A DNA stretch of 49,021 nt, taken from assembly GCF_006345805.1 (NCBI RefSeq), contig NW_021834384.1, forward strand, positions 1 to 49,021, given 5' to 3'. Positions 10,851-23,872 of this stretch are shown in pieces. The notes below the pieces were generated by a model. It searched no databases and had not been told where the DNA came from. It saw nothing but the letters and a program-made list of their open reading frames with translations. This DNA is from Octopus sinensis. Taxonomy: Eukaryota. How positions within the stretch are numbered: position 1 is the first letter of the stretch; every line of letters begins with the position of its first letter. Made by a program: the position numbers and the translations under genes.

Positions 10851-11499
10851 ATTTTAATATAAATTAGCCATTATGGTATTTTTAGTTTGCTGGCCCCTGA
10901 TAAATCATTAAATAATGATTTCTATCCTAATTATGCATATTCATACATAGATATAAACATACAGTCATACATGCATGCATCCATCCATCCATTCACCCAA
11001 ACATATTGCTAGGTTCTTAAGCATGTACAGAGATATATAATTAGACAGACAGACGAAGAGTAAGTATGAGAGAAGGGAGAGAGAAAGAAGAGGGAAAGAG
11101 AAAGGAGGGGGTTGTTGAGATGAAATTTAGATATAAATGGTTGAGGTTGTGTTTGGGTTTGGTCGACTGAATCTGCATCTGAAGGAAGAAGCATGTCCTG
11201 CGAAACAATTATTCTTCCATACATAACATCACACACACACACACACGCGCACCGATATGACGATATTGCTGCTGTAACTACATCTACTCTGCTTATCACT
11301 CACCCCTCATCTCTCTCTCTTTCTTTCTCTCTCTCTCTCTCTCCCCTCTCTCTCTCTTGCTCTCTCAGGGAAACGAAAATCTGTTTGAAAGATGCATTCC
11401 AGACACAGACAGAAGTAAAAAGAAAAAAAAGAGAAACAGTCACCGCTGATTCCTCTTTGTCAGTAATCTATGTATTTATGTAGCTCTTACATACACACT

Positions 11500-11697
11500 C
11501 ACACACATATATATATATGTATATATGTGTATATGTATGTATATACATATATATATGTATATATATATATATATATATGTATATATGTAAATATACATAC
11601 ATATATATGTACACATACACGCACATATATATATGTATATATGTATATGTGAATATATGTCTCTCCCTCTCTTTCTCTCCTCTCTCTCTCTCTCTCT

Positions 11698-11730
<33 letters not shown>

Positions 11731-11734
11731 GCTT

Positions 11735-11814
<80 letters not shown>

Positions 11815-11870
11815 CTCTATCTCTCTCTCTCTCTCTCTCTCTCTAGTCTTCTATCTATATATATATATAA

Positions 11871-11939
<69 letters not shown>

Positions 11940-11945
11940 AAGATA
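11500..11945. repeat. (TA)n, (CT)n and (TA)n microsatellites
   Basis: Direct inspection. Confidence 0.95.
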
Positions 11946-13459
11946 TATTTATTTATTTATTTATTATTTATACGTACACACACACACCACACACACCACA
12001 CATGAATATCCCTAACGAAGCCTATTATCAAATAGCCATTTAATGCAAAACGGAAATACTGACATTTCAAAAACAAACAGAAAAAAAATAAAATGGCCGC
12101 CTTTCTACTTGACATATAACTTGACTAATTAATTTTTATACTTCCGCCTCTTTTCGTTTGCTTATATAAAGTTGTTGACGAGAGGAAGAAGAGAAGGAGA
12201 AGATAACGACAGAAAGACATCATAATGGAATACATATTGACTGAAAAATGTAAAAATATGGCACGAAACAGCGGGAATGAAAGCGATAAGCCAAGGAAGA
12301 CAATAACGGATTCATTTTATTTCTCGTTTGGAAATATATCATTGTTCTGTTGTTCCTTCTTTCCAGAACAATCATGTAGGAGTTTTGATGGGCTTTTAAA
12401 TAGGGTTCTGCTTCTTTATAGGCAATATTGTATAGTTATATATCTTCGTGGGAGTCTCTAGCATCGTGGTTTCACTTGACAGAGTTTGCGGCCCCTAATC
12501 ACCTTCATAACACATCCGGTGAAATTTAATAACGAATGCGTTAGAGAATAGTCCTATATGCATTACATCGGGATGGTCGGATCTGGAAACCATTTGATTA
12601 TATGTCTGACAGAGCATCTTTGACATGGGGTTAAACAATAACAATGACCACCTTTTAAATGATTATGTCTGAGAAAGGCATGAAGGCTACAAGAGCTTCG
12701 TTATATGTCCATATAATTTCACGCAGACAAACAACAGAAGCATAAAAAATACCAGTTATAACAATAGCAAGAACATCGGAAAACACGAACCAATGAGGAA
12801 GCCAGAACGTGATCACTGAGACTGCTAGAAATAAAAGCCAAGTCTCTCACAAAATGATAACCTGTCCCCATAAAAAGAAGACATTGCGTTATGTCCAGGA
12901 TACACCGATATACTTGATAATAGTTTTGTTGCAAAGACTGAGGTGGGACTAAACTACACCACTAAGACCGGGGTTAGCCAAGATAAAAAAGATTTGCTTC
13001 ATAAACATTTAAAATTTTATTTACACACTTTAGATGATCACATTCAAAATGGCTACCAAACAAGGCTGTCAGGCGACAAAACACTATAATGGCTAAAACA
13101 GTGCAAAATCAAAACACAACTGAATGTTCAAGAAAATTAATAAGAAACAAAAGCAGTAACACTATCAACAATAGCATTAGCAACACTTATGCTTTTGTAA
13201 AAACTGCAATCCATTCTTGTTGCAGCTAAATGAAGACAGGGCTTCTTCCAATACAAAACGAACAGCTTGAATTGTTAGATATATCACAGTCATATGAAAA
13301 GATAGGTAGGTGAGAGAATTTAGCATATTTAACAGCATTTATTTGATATAGGAGCTAATCCAGGACAGAGCAAAGAAAACATTTATATATATCTCTGCTC
13401 ATGAAAAGACAGAAGTGGATAAAATTTCCTCTTAAATCAATTAGCACAACGGGTTTTCC

Positions 13460-13760
13460 AGAATACATCAGGAGAAGCTCCTTCACGTGGAAAAGGTAAA
13501 AAGCTATGGCATCATCTTCCGTAGAATTAAAATTGAAGACCTGACCAAAACACAGACTGAAACTGTGTCAGGCATACCCCTTACTATATGTTTGTACCCT
13601 GGTACATAGGTTTAAAGTCGAAGAAATACAGGGTCTTAATATAAGAGACATTGGCCACAACATAGACCCATGGCTAACAGTGACTTTTGTGTTACAATAT
13701 GGGAAAGTGGTCAATGCAGGATTAACAAAAGATTATCTATTTTCAGCCACTGAGATGAGC
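13460..13760 (+). pseudogene. Possible decayed L1/Tx1-type ORF1 remnant
   Basis: Hand translation gives KVEEIQGLNIRDIGHNIDPWLTVTFVLQYGKVVNAG, resembling the RRM region of Tx1-type ORF1; interrupted by stops. Confidence 0.3.
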
Positions 13761-13903
13761 AAGAACTATGCTTCGTTGAAGATGCCGAGACAATAGGTTT
13801 AAGACTAATGATACAGAAGAGGAAGCCTAATTACCACGTTTGTCAGACCAAAACACATCTTAGAACTGGGAGTCAGAAGGAACTGGAAAAATAAAATAAT
13901 GAA

Positions 13904-14332
13904 GGCGCAGGAGTGGCTGTGTGGTAAGTAGCTTGTTTACCAACCGCATGGTTCCGGGTTCAGTCCCACTGCATGGCACTTTGAGCAAGTGTCTTCTACT
14001 ATAGCCCCGGGCTGACCAAAGCCTTGTGAGTGGATTTGGTAGACGGAAACTGAAAAGAAGCCTGTCGTATATATGTATATATGTATATATATATATGTGC
14101 GTGTGTGTGTTTGTGTATCTGTGTTTGTCCCCCTAGCATCGCTTGACAACCGATGCTGGTGTGTTTGCGTCCCCGTTACTTAGCGGTTCGGCAAAAGAGA
14201 CCGATAGAATAAGTACTGGGCTTACAAAAGAATAAGTCTCGTGGTCGAGTTGCTCGACTTAAAGGCGGTGCTCCAGCATGGCCGCAGTCAAATGACTGAA
14301 ACAAGTAAAAGAGTAAAAAGAGAGTAAAAGAG
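13904..14332 (+). mobile_element. SINE family A
   Basis: Full head, core, microsatellite and tail. Confidence 0.92.
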
Positions 14333-14787
14333 TAACAACAACAAAAGGAATGAGAAACCTCAGTTTCCAGAGCCCCACCGTCCAAACCTGTCTTTAGGTG
14401 AAGTATCACAGATAAAAGAGCAAACACCTAACAGTACCTACATGTGGTATCACACCTTCATCATGTGATGAAGAAATATTAATTACAGTTGAAAATTCCC
14501 AAATGGTAAATGAAAATATGAAGGTGAAAAGAAGTAAAAAAACATCACTGAAAAAGAAAATTCAGTATAGACCAACGAAAATAGCTGACGGGGAACATTT
14601 TCTTCCAAATGACAACGAAATTCCTCTTCGGGAAAAAAAAATGAAAAGAACGAAGAGACGAACTGATTTACCATTCTTCAAAATTCAAACAAACAGTTAA
14701 TAGACGAAATTACAAATTTCCAGTGCCATGAACATTTCAAAACTCTTAGATTGGCACGAAGGCAATTACGTTCAGAATATAAACATA

Positions 14788-14952
14788 GGCGCAGGAGTGG
14801 CTGTGTGGTAAGTAGCTTGCTTACCAACCACATGGCTCCGGGTTCAGTCCCACTGCATGGCACCTTGGGCAAGTGTCTTCTTCTATAGCTTCAGGCCGAC
14901 CAAAGCCTTGTGAGTGGATTTGGAAGACGGAAACTGAAAGAAGCCCGTCGTG

Positions 14953-15024
<72 letters not shown>

Positions 15025-15226
15025 TGTGTGTGTACTTGTCCCACAACATCGCTTGTCAACCGATGCTGGTATGCTTAAGTCCCCGTAACTTAGCAGTTCG
15101 GCTAAGAGACCGATAGAATAAATACTAGGCTTACATGGAATAAGCCCTGGAGTCGATTTGCTCGACTAAAGGCGTGCTCCAGCATGGCCGCAGTCAAATG
15201 ACTGAAACAAATAAAAGACTAAAAGA
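14788..15226 (+). mobile_element. SINE family A
   Basis: Full head, core, microsatellite and tail. Confidence 0.92.
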
Positions 15227-15521
15227 ATGCAAAAAGATAGATTATTTTACTTGCTTCAGTTATTTCACTGCAGCCAAGGCATTTATACCAAACTTAAAAG
15301 AGAATATTCTGAAGATAGTGGCGCTTTACAACACCAAATGTTCTTTTTAAAAATGCTCACTGGTGCTTTTGGTTGCACTCGAACACAAATTGGGAAATAG
15401 TTAAGTGAATAATGTTTAGGAGTTCTGTAACTCAACATGGCCAGTAATCTTCCATATTTTCTTCAAATATACAGTAGTACCTCGGATTTCGAATAAGTCT
15501 GATCACGAATAAATCGTGCTT

Positions 15522-15868
15522 TATAACTTAGATAACTTAGATTGGTTTCGGCCATTATCGGCCCAGGCCAGGACTAGCTCAATAGCACCACCTGGAAAAA
15601 GTCTTTTAGTTAATTATTTCGGGACACCATGGACCACTCAAGCAGAAAGTTGTTGTTGGTTGAGACGTATCCAGGTGTGGGTGGTTTATCCGGTATTTCC
15701 TGGAGGAATTTGTCCAGGTACCGTTTGTCCAGGAGGCGAGTGTAGGTTCCATCCAACCGCCTCTCAAGCTTCTTTGATAACGTCCAGGTTTCTTATATAT
15801 ATGGTAGAATTTGTTCGACTGTGGCTTTGAAGATTTCAAGTTTGAAGTCTCTACTTAGATTTGATGAC
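15522..15868 (-). mobile_element. CR1-clade LINE 3' end fragment (decayed)
   Basis: DKFLQEIPDKPPTPGYVS motif and 3' UTR GGTGGTGCTATTGAGCTAG...GGCCTGGGCCG with CTAAGTTAT tail, as in 21490-21946 and 36617-37996. Confidence 0.75.
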
Positions 15869-15984
15869 CAGATCTTATGCATGTCACACAGCTATACATA
15901 TATATGTGTAATGTACCCACATATGTATACTTGTGAGGTAATGGTAGTAAAATATATCAAAAATAGATTTTACATATTTTTTCT

Positions 15985-16416
15985 TTTATTCTTTTTTGTT
16001 TCAGTCATGTTGACTGCGGCCATGCTGGAGCACCGCCTTTAATCGAACATATCGACGTATTCTTTGTAAGCCTAGGACTTATTCTTTTTAAGCTTAGTAC
16101 TTATTCTATCGGTCTCTTAGCCAAACTGCTAAGTTACCGGAACTTAAACATAACAGCATCGGTTGTCAAGTAATGACGTGGGGACAAACACACACACACA
16201 CACACACCACACACACACACACACAAACAAACGCACACACACATATATATATTCGACGGGCTTCTTTCAGTTTCCATCTACCAAATCCACTCACAAGGCT
16301 TTGGTGAAGCTGAGGCTATAGTAGAAGACACTTGCCTAAGGTGCCACGCAGTGGGACTGAACCCGAAACCATGTGGTTGGTAATCAAGCTACTTACCACG
16401 CCGCCACTCCTGCGCC
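15985..16416 (-). mobile_element. SINE family A
   Basis: Reverse-complement match to family A. Confidence 0.9.
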
Positions 16417-16616
16417 TATCACAGTGCAAACGTTATCTCTTATAGAACTCAATACGATGTGTTGCGTGGATAGACATGTTTATTATATCAAAGCTGATAT
16501 CAGCTTAACTCTGATTTTCACTCTCAGCTGAGCTGATCGCAACTGTTCACTGTCGGGAACAACCCAGCTGAGGGGTGAAAATGCGGAGCAGATTTCAAAC
16601 ATAATATAATTTAATA

Positions 16617-16635
16617 TACTACTATACTACTACTA

Positions 16636-16676
<41 letters not shown>

Positions 16677-16975
16677 ACTACCTACTGCTGTTGCTGCTGC
16701 TGCTGCCATCACCACCACTACCACCACCACCACCACCACTACTACTACTACTTCTACCACCACCATTACCACCACCACCGCCATCACCACTACTACTATT
16801 ACTACTACTACCACTACTACTACCACCACTACCACTACTACTACTACCATCACCACTATCAACACCACCCCTACTACTACTACTACCACTACTACTACTA
16901 CCATCACCACTATCAACACCACCCCTACTACTACTACTACTACTACACTACTACTACTACCACCACCACACAGCA
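16617..16975. repeat. (TAC)/(TGC)/(CAC) trinucleotide compound repeat
   Basis: Direct inspection; includes an internal duplicated CCATCACCACTATCAACACCACCCC block. Confidence 0.9.
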
Positions 16976-17211
16976 ACCATCACAAGAAGCCCAATTACCG
17001 GCACCATGTGAATGTTGTAAGAAAAACGTGAACTTCCAGGAGTGATTGAAGATCAATTTGTCTTAATGCGTTTCAATTTAGTTTCGCTTTCCTCTTACAT
17101 CACGAAATAGTTTTATGAAACGATTAAAACCTGAAGCATATTTTGACAGAAATGTAAATATTTTCTTTCTTTTGTCTACGATAAAGATCTCAAAGTAGTT
17201 TCTTCTTTTTG

Positions 17212-17251
<40 letters not shown>

Positions 17252-17915
17252 ATTTTATTGCATCTAAAATGAAAAAAAAACTTCGTAAACTGTTGCTAAA
17301 TGTTTCCCGTAACCGTTCATCAGACCTTTGTGATAGTACAAAGACAAAATATTTTCTTATGTGAGTGCTTGTGTGCACGTGTGTGCACGTGTGTGTGTGT
17401 GTGTGTTGTGTATGTGTGTGTGTGTGTGTGTATGTGTGTGTGTGTGTGTATGCGCGCGCGCGTGTGTGTGTTGTGTGTGTGTGTGTATACACATGTTTAT
17501 GTGCTTATGTGTGTGCCTGTGTACCTTGAAAATTCTGTTCCTACATGTGTTGTATGACGTCCCTTAACTGCCCCCTCAGTAATTTCTAAACGTATTTTGT
17601 TTCACACTTCCTATATTTTCTTTTTTTGCAACCCTTAATAAAAGTTTCGTAATTTTGGGGGGTATCAGGCTTTTCTCTCCCTCAGTTTTCTTATACATAC
17701 ACACAAGCATATACATACATATAATCACACACACACAACTGTCTGGTTGTTTTTAACCGCCAAACTGACGTAATATGTGTACTGTATGATGACATATGAG
17801 GATGTGTGTGTATATATAAAGGTAAGAGAGAGGGAGAGAGAGAGGGGAGAGCATGAAAGAGAGAGAGAGAGAAAATGCTTAATAAAGGAAAGATTATTGT
17901 ACCAAAATTTGAAAC

Positions 17916-18020
<105 letters not shown>

Positions 18021-18700
18021 GTTTGACTTTTGCTTTGTATCTCACCCAGAGACCTCAAGAGACAAGAAGTTGGTGTTATGCTTAGGGTGTCATATATTTG
18101 GTTTTGCACATAATATTGTTCTTGAGAGTGTTTAAGAAAACAAGAAAATTATGAGTTTGTTTTAAAACTTGAGATTACATAGACAGTACTTTACGTAGGA
18201 TATGGGCAGTTCCCATGAGTACTATCTTTTGAATTTTTGCCATTCTGGGGTTTCCTGGTATCTGAGTTAGGTAGCAATCAGTCCCTTTTGCTATCATTGA
18301 TATCTGGCCATCTCGCAGATATTTTGTAATGTTTGTTTTCCATTACTCCTTCTGGCTTGTGTTCTTACCATTGTTCATCTCTCCCGTGGTTTACTTTGCC
18401 TCACAACAGCCATGTGGCCACATGATCGTGTTTCCTTTTGTATTCACGTTGTGTCAGCTTACAGCACTCACCAACAATATAGCTTATACTTTCTCTCTTC
18501 TCAGAGCACATCGTACATTGTGGCAAGTCAGTGCTTTTATCAATGTGATATTTAGAGGAGTTTGTTCTGAGAGCTTGTTCTTGAGCGTTGCACACTAATG
18601 CCCCCAGTAGACACTTTTAATTCTCCTTTCTGCAGCCATTGCCAGGTTCTATTCCAATCAATCTCATCTTTATTCTTCAAAAACTGACTACATTTTGACT
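18021..18700 (-). mobile_element. Second R4/Dong-type LINE subfamily, decayed 3' part ending in (AAT)n
   Basis: DWNRTWQWLQKGELKVSTGALVCNAQEQALRTN, CTMCSEKRESISYIVGEC, KRKHDHVA, IQKIVLMGTAHILRKVLSM*; 3' end abuts the (ATT)n at 17926-18020. Confidence 0.85.
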
Positions 18701-18707
18701 TAATCTC

Positions 18708-18975
18708 TTCCAGAGGTGAATTATTCAAACCCCAAACACATGGCTATGATGCTCCCCCACTACTTCTGGTCGTGGTCAGAGATGCACATATCGTCAGCCA
18801 CTAAGGGACATGCTCAACTGGTTATGGTCAAACTGACCAGAAAATCTGTGGTATTGAGCAGAATATTTGCTGTAGCCCATCTTTCATACCAAGACAAAAC
18901 AATGTACATGATAACACTTCCAAACAGTTAAGATCAGAAGCCACGAGAGCTACTGCCTGGTACTGCATCAGGGCA
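18708..18975 (-). mobile_element. Element E, 5' half
   Basis: Matches 29570-29840; 5' boundary AATGCCCTGATGCAGTACCAGG abuts (AAT)n. Confidence 0.85.
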
Positions 18976-18996
18976 TTATTATTATTATTATTATTA

Positions 18997-19063
<67 letters not shown>

Positions 19064-19091
19064 CATTATTATTATTATCATCATATTACAT

Positions 19092-19125
<34 letters not shown>

Positions 19126-19157
19126 TAATAATAATAATAATAATGATGATAATAATA

Positions 19158-19196
<39 letters not shown>

Positions 19197-19220
19197 TATA
19201 TTATTATTATTATTATTATT

Positions 19221-19518
19221 CAGTAGTTTTATTTTTATAGCGTGCTTTCACTTCACTACCGAGCGCAGCTCTGTGTGCCTTGGGTATGTGCTGTGATTTG
19301 TTTTGATGCTCTGATGGTTATTGTATGGAAAGTGTTCTGCGTAGGATGTGTGCAGTGCCTAGTAGTGCAATTTTCTGTATGTTATATGTGTTTGTAAGTC
19401 CTGGTGTTTTTGTTATGTATTTGTCTGAATATTTTTTTATCATGCCTAATGCACCTACTATGATAGGAATTGTTTCTGTTTTCAGATTCCACATTCTAGT
19501 TACCTCTATTTCCAGGTC

Positions 19519-19521
<3 letters not shown>
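19221..19521 (-). mobile_element. Second copy of the Dong-type LINE (3'-terminal 300 bp) in (AAT)n
   Basis: Near-identical reverse complement of 6513-6812; (ATT)n on both sides. Confidence 0.92.
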
Positions 19522-19577
<56 letters not shown>

Positions 19578-19579
<2 letters not shown>

Positions 19580-19790
19580 GGTGGTGAGCTGGCAGAATCG
19601 TTAGCGCACGGAAAAAAATATTAGCGGCATCTCTTTTCGCTCTTCACGGCCTGAGTGCAAAAATGGTCGATATCAGTTTTGCCTTTCATCCTTTCGGTAT
19701 CAATGAAAGAATTTACCAGTTAAATACTGAGGCTTTTGTCATCGACACTCCACCTCCACGTAAACTTGCTAGCCTCGTGCTAAAAATTAA
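19578..19790 (+). mobile_element. SINE family C, strongly diverged
   Basis: GGTGGTGAGCTGGCAGAATCGTTAGC head and GCCTTTCATCCTTTCGG core. Confidence 0.7.
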
Positions 19791-19796
19791 AATGAG

Positions 19797-19802
19797 ATAC
19801 TG

Positions 19803-19835
<33 letters not shown>

Positions 19836-20031
19836 GTACTTCTTCTTCTCCTCCTTCTTCTTCCTCTTCTTTTTCTTCCTCTTCTTCTTCTTTTTCTCTT
19901 CTCCTTTTTCTTCTTCTTCTTCCTCTTCCACAACTACGACTACTTCCATTTCTTCTCCCCACCATTTTCTTCTACAATTTCATCTTCAATACTTTTCTAC
20001 CACCTCTTCCTCCTCCTCCTACTACTACTAC

Positions 20032-20076
<45 letters not shown>

Positions 20077-20560
20077 GTAGTATAGTAGTAGTAGTAGTGT
20101 GTAGTAGTAAGTAGTAGTAGTGTAGTAGTAGTAGTAGTATAGTGGTAGTAGTAGGTAGTAGTAGAGGAAGAAAGGTGGTAAAAAGTATTGAAGATGAAAT
20201 TGTAGAAGAAAATGGTGGGGAGAAGAAATGAAGTAGTCGTAGTTGGGAAGAGGAAGAAGAAGAAGAAAAAAAGAGAAAAAGAAGAAGAAGAGAAGAAAAG
20301 AGAGGAGAAGAGGAGCAGAAGAAGAAGAAAGAAAAAAGAAGAGGTAGACGAAGAAAAGAAGACGAAGAAGAAGGAGAAAGGTAGAAGAGGTAGAAGAAGA
20401 AAAAGAAGAAGAAAAAGAAGATGAAGAAGAAGAAAAAGGAAATGAAAAAGAAGATAAAAAGTAGAAGAAGACGAAGAAGAAAAAGAAAGAAGAAAAAGAA
20501 GAAAAAGAAGAAAAGAAGAAAAAGAAGAAAAGAAGAAGGAAAAGAAGAAGAAGAAGTAGA
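19797..20560. repeat. Large palindrome of (TAC)/(TTC) repeats and ~80 bp unique sequence
   Basis: 19921-20004 is the reverse complement of 20174-20254; symmetry centre at CTACT|AGTAG 20075/20076. Confidence 0.85.
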
Positions 20561-20906
20561 AGTGGAATATGATCTGTCATCAAGAGAAGAATGAAGTGGA
20601 GTTTGGCGGTTTTGTTGTGCAATACATAGAAACATACCTCGAACCAGATATACATCCGTCTGGTTGCTTTTAACAGCTAAAACTGATGTAATAAGTACGA
20701 TGACATGCGAGGATGTGTGAGTGTATGAGAGAGGGAGGGAGAGAGAGAGAGAGGGGAAGGGAGAGGGAGAGGGAGAGGGAGAGAGAGGGGAAGGGCGGGA
20801 GAGATGCAATTTATGTTCGGGCCAATGACACTTGTGTCTTGTACTGAATGGTCTTACTAGATAAACAGAATCTGGACAATTTGAAGACGGCAGAAACGGG
20901 CGCATG

Positions 20907-21070
20907 CGCCCAGGAGTGGCTGTGTGGTAAGTAGATTGTTTACCTACCACATGGTTTCGGGTTCAGTCCCACTGCGTGGCACCTTGGGCAAGTGTGTCTT
21001 CTACTATAGCCTCGGGCCGACCAAAGCCTTGTGAGTGGATTTGGTAGACGGAAACTGAAAGAAGCCCGTC

Positions 21071-21120
<50 letters not shown>

Positions 21121-21337
21121 GTGTGTGTGTTGTTTGTGTGTCTGTGTTTGTCCCCTTAGCGTTGCTTGACAACCGATGCTGGTGTGTTTATGTCCCCGTT
21201 ACTTAGCGGTCGGCAAAAGAGACCGATAGAATAAGTACTGGGCTTACAAAAGAAAAAGTCCCGGGGTCGAGTTGCTCGATTAAAGGCGGTGCTCCACATG
21301 GCTGCAGTCAAATGACTGAAACAAGTAAAAGAGTAAA
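20907..21337 (+). mobile_element. SINE family A
   Basis: Full-length match. Confidence 0.9.
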
Positions 21338-21338
21338 G

Positions 21339-21370
<32 letters not shown>

Positions 21371-21396
21371 CATACATACATACATACATACATACA

Positions 21397-21489
<93 letters not shown>

Positions 21490-21492
<3 letters not shown>

Positions 21493-21946
21493 ACTTAGAA
21501 TAACTTAGAAAGGTTTTGGCCAGTATTGGCCCAGGCCATGTCTAACTTAACAGCACCACCTGGCGAAGTCTTTCAATTCAGGATTTGGGCACCAAGGCCC
21601 ATTCGAGCAGAGAGTTATTGTTTGCGGAGACATATCCGAGTGTGGGTGGTTTGTCCGGGACTGTTTGAAGGAACTTGTCCAAAGACTTCTTGAATTTTGT
21701 GTGGTCAGTTTCTGTTTTGACGTGTCCTGGTGTAATGTTGAAGAGAGCGGGTCCAATTGAGGTGAAATAATTGTGCCGTATTGTCGTTATGTGATGCAAT
21801 TTAGATTTTTGTTGTGGACGGATGGCACGTGGTCCAAGCCTTGGATGCATTTTGAAGGTGACGCCAACATCATTCGGACAGTGCTGATGGAATATTTTCC
21901 ACATCATACAGAAATGTAGCGTTCACGGCGTCGTTGGAGTGAATAC
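21490..21946 (-). mobile_element. CR1-clade LINE 3' end fragment
   Basis: LKLYSLQRRRERY, MWKIFHQHCPNDVGVTFKMHPRLGPRAIRP...DKFLQTVPDKPPTLGYVS, homologous to the ORF at 36648-37844; CTAAGTTA tail. Confidence 0.88.
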
Positions 21947-22038
21947 AGTTTCAGTTTCTCTAGTCTACCCCAGTAGACACACACACACACAACACACACA
22001 CACACACACACACCACACAACACACACACACGTACACA

Positions 22039-22393
22039 TTCTTTTATTCCTTTACTTGTTTCAGTCATCTAACGGATGCCATGCTAGAGCAGCGCCTTTA
22101 GTCAAACAAATCGACCCCAGGACTTATTCTTTGGAAGCCTAGTATACTTAGTCTATCGGTCTCTTTTGCCGAACCACTATGTTACGGGGATGTAAACACA
22201 CAAACATCGGTTGTGAAGCGATGGTGGGGGTACAAATACACACACACACACACATATATATATATATTCGACGGGATTCTTTCAGTTTCCGTCTGCCAAA
22301 TCCACTCAGAAAGCTTTGATCAGCCCAAGGCTCTAGTAGAAGACACTTGCCCAAGATGCCACGCAGTGGGACTGAACCCAGAACCTTGTGGTT
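22039..22393 (-). mobile_element. SINE family A (head clipped)
   Basis: Reverse-complement match to family A body and tail. Confidence 0.85.
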
Positions 22394-22769
22394 TTGTCGA
22401 ACCACTAAGTTACGCTAATATAAGCAAACTAACACCAGTTACCAAGAAGTGTGTGTGGTAACAAAAACACTCGCACGCACACTCATTCACACACGTACTC
22501 ACAAACACACTCACATTCACACACACATAAACACACACACATTCACATACACAAACACACACACACATTCACACACCAAAATATTAAGACACACACACAT
22601 ACATTCACATACACATTCACACACACATTCACACACACAAACACACACACTCACACACACTCACATTCACACACACACAAACACACTAACACACACACCA
22701 TTCAAACACATTCGCACACACACAAACACACACACACCATTCACACACATTCACAGATACACACACACA

Positions 22770-22905
22770 CAGCACTGGTTGCCATACCGTTTTCATCCAC
22801 CAAATTGACTCAAAGACATTGAGTGGCGCGGAATTATAGTAGAAGACACTTGCCCAAGGTGCCGCACGGTAGAACTGAACCCTAAACCACATGACTGCAA
22901 AACGA
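22770..22905 (-). mobile_element. Diverged SINE family A 5' half after a long (CA)n tract
   Basis: TATAGTAGAAGACACTTGCCCAAGGTGCC core. Confidence 0.6.
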
Positions 22906-23090
22906 AATTTTTAACCCCATGTCTATGCATACATAACATGCGAGATTCGTCTACCGCGTGTTCGTAACGTTTCATGAAAGCAATCAACGGTTAGGTGTTC
23001 GATTCTCTACAGATTGATGACTGAAATTATATCGAAGTCATACAAAGCACTTCTCAAGACCTCCTGATTCTCATGGAATATATTTCTCTC

Positions 23091-23735
23091 TCGGTCGACT
23101 CTCGGTCACTCGTTGGACCAGTGTCCTCCAGTCAGTTCTATCCTGGGCTACTTCTTTCAGATTGGCTATGTCCATTCTGGTATCCCTCTTGATGGAGTCA
23201 AGCCAGCAGGTTCTTGGTTGGTCTCTTCCTCTCTTGCCACTGACCGTTCCGATCATGATGTCCTTCTCCAGGGATTTTCTCCGCATAATATAACCGAAAT
23301 ATGCCAATCTATGCTTGGTGATCCTAGCTTCTAACGACATTTTCGGCCTTATCTGCTTAAGAACGTCTCCATTGGTGAGCCTCGCTGTCCATGGAATCCG
23401 TAAAAGTCTTCTCCAACACCAAAGCTCGAATGCATTAATTCTCTTCTGGTCAGCTTTCTTTAGTGTGCAGGTCTTGCATCCATATGTTGCTATAGGGAAG
23501 ACAATTGCATTCACCAATCTACATTTGGTAGCGATTCTGATGTCTCTACTCTTCCAGACGCTGCTCATGCTGACCATTGCCTCTCTGCCTAGTACTATCC
23601 GCCGTCTTATTTCTGTAGTGCAATCACCATTACCATTTATTTTGGAGCCAAGGAAGATGAAATCATCAACCATTTCAATCTCTATTAGATATATTATCAC
23701 CTTTCTACCTTTCATTAACGTACCTAGCTTGGGCG
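23091..23735 (-). mobile_element. RTE (BovB-like) LINE reverse transcriptase C-terminal fragment
   Basis: FIFLGSKI, EIRRRI, VFPIATYGC, FELWCWRRLLRIPWTAR, GKRGRDQPRTCWLD, AQDRTDWR are RTE-clade thumb/C-terminal motifs. Confidence 0.92.
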
Positions 23736-23872
23736 AAGTAACACTTTAAAGAACTTCAGTTTCCTTCTGTGATGGAAGAAGGATATTCTGTGAGAGTTAA
23801 GAGAAGTGAAGAGCCTTTTTGTGCGACTATTAATAATTGCACGAAACAGTTTGTATTCCGGTATTGGATTTT

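Noticed and set aside
17299-17325. Minus-strand CUGAUGA...GAAAC hammerhead-like motif
   Set aside because: Stem II lacks the G10.1-C11.1 closing pair, and no stem I or cleavage triplet can be formed.
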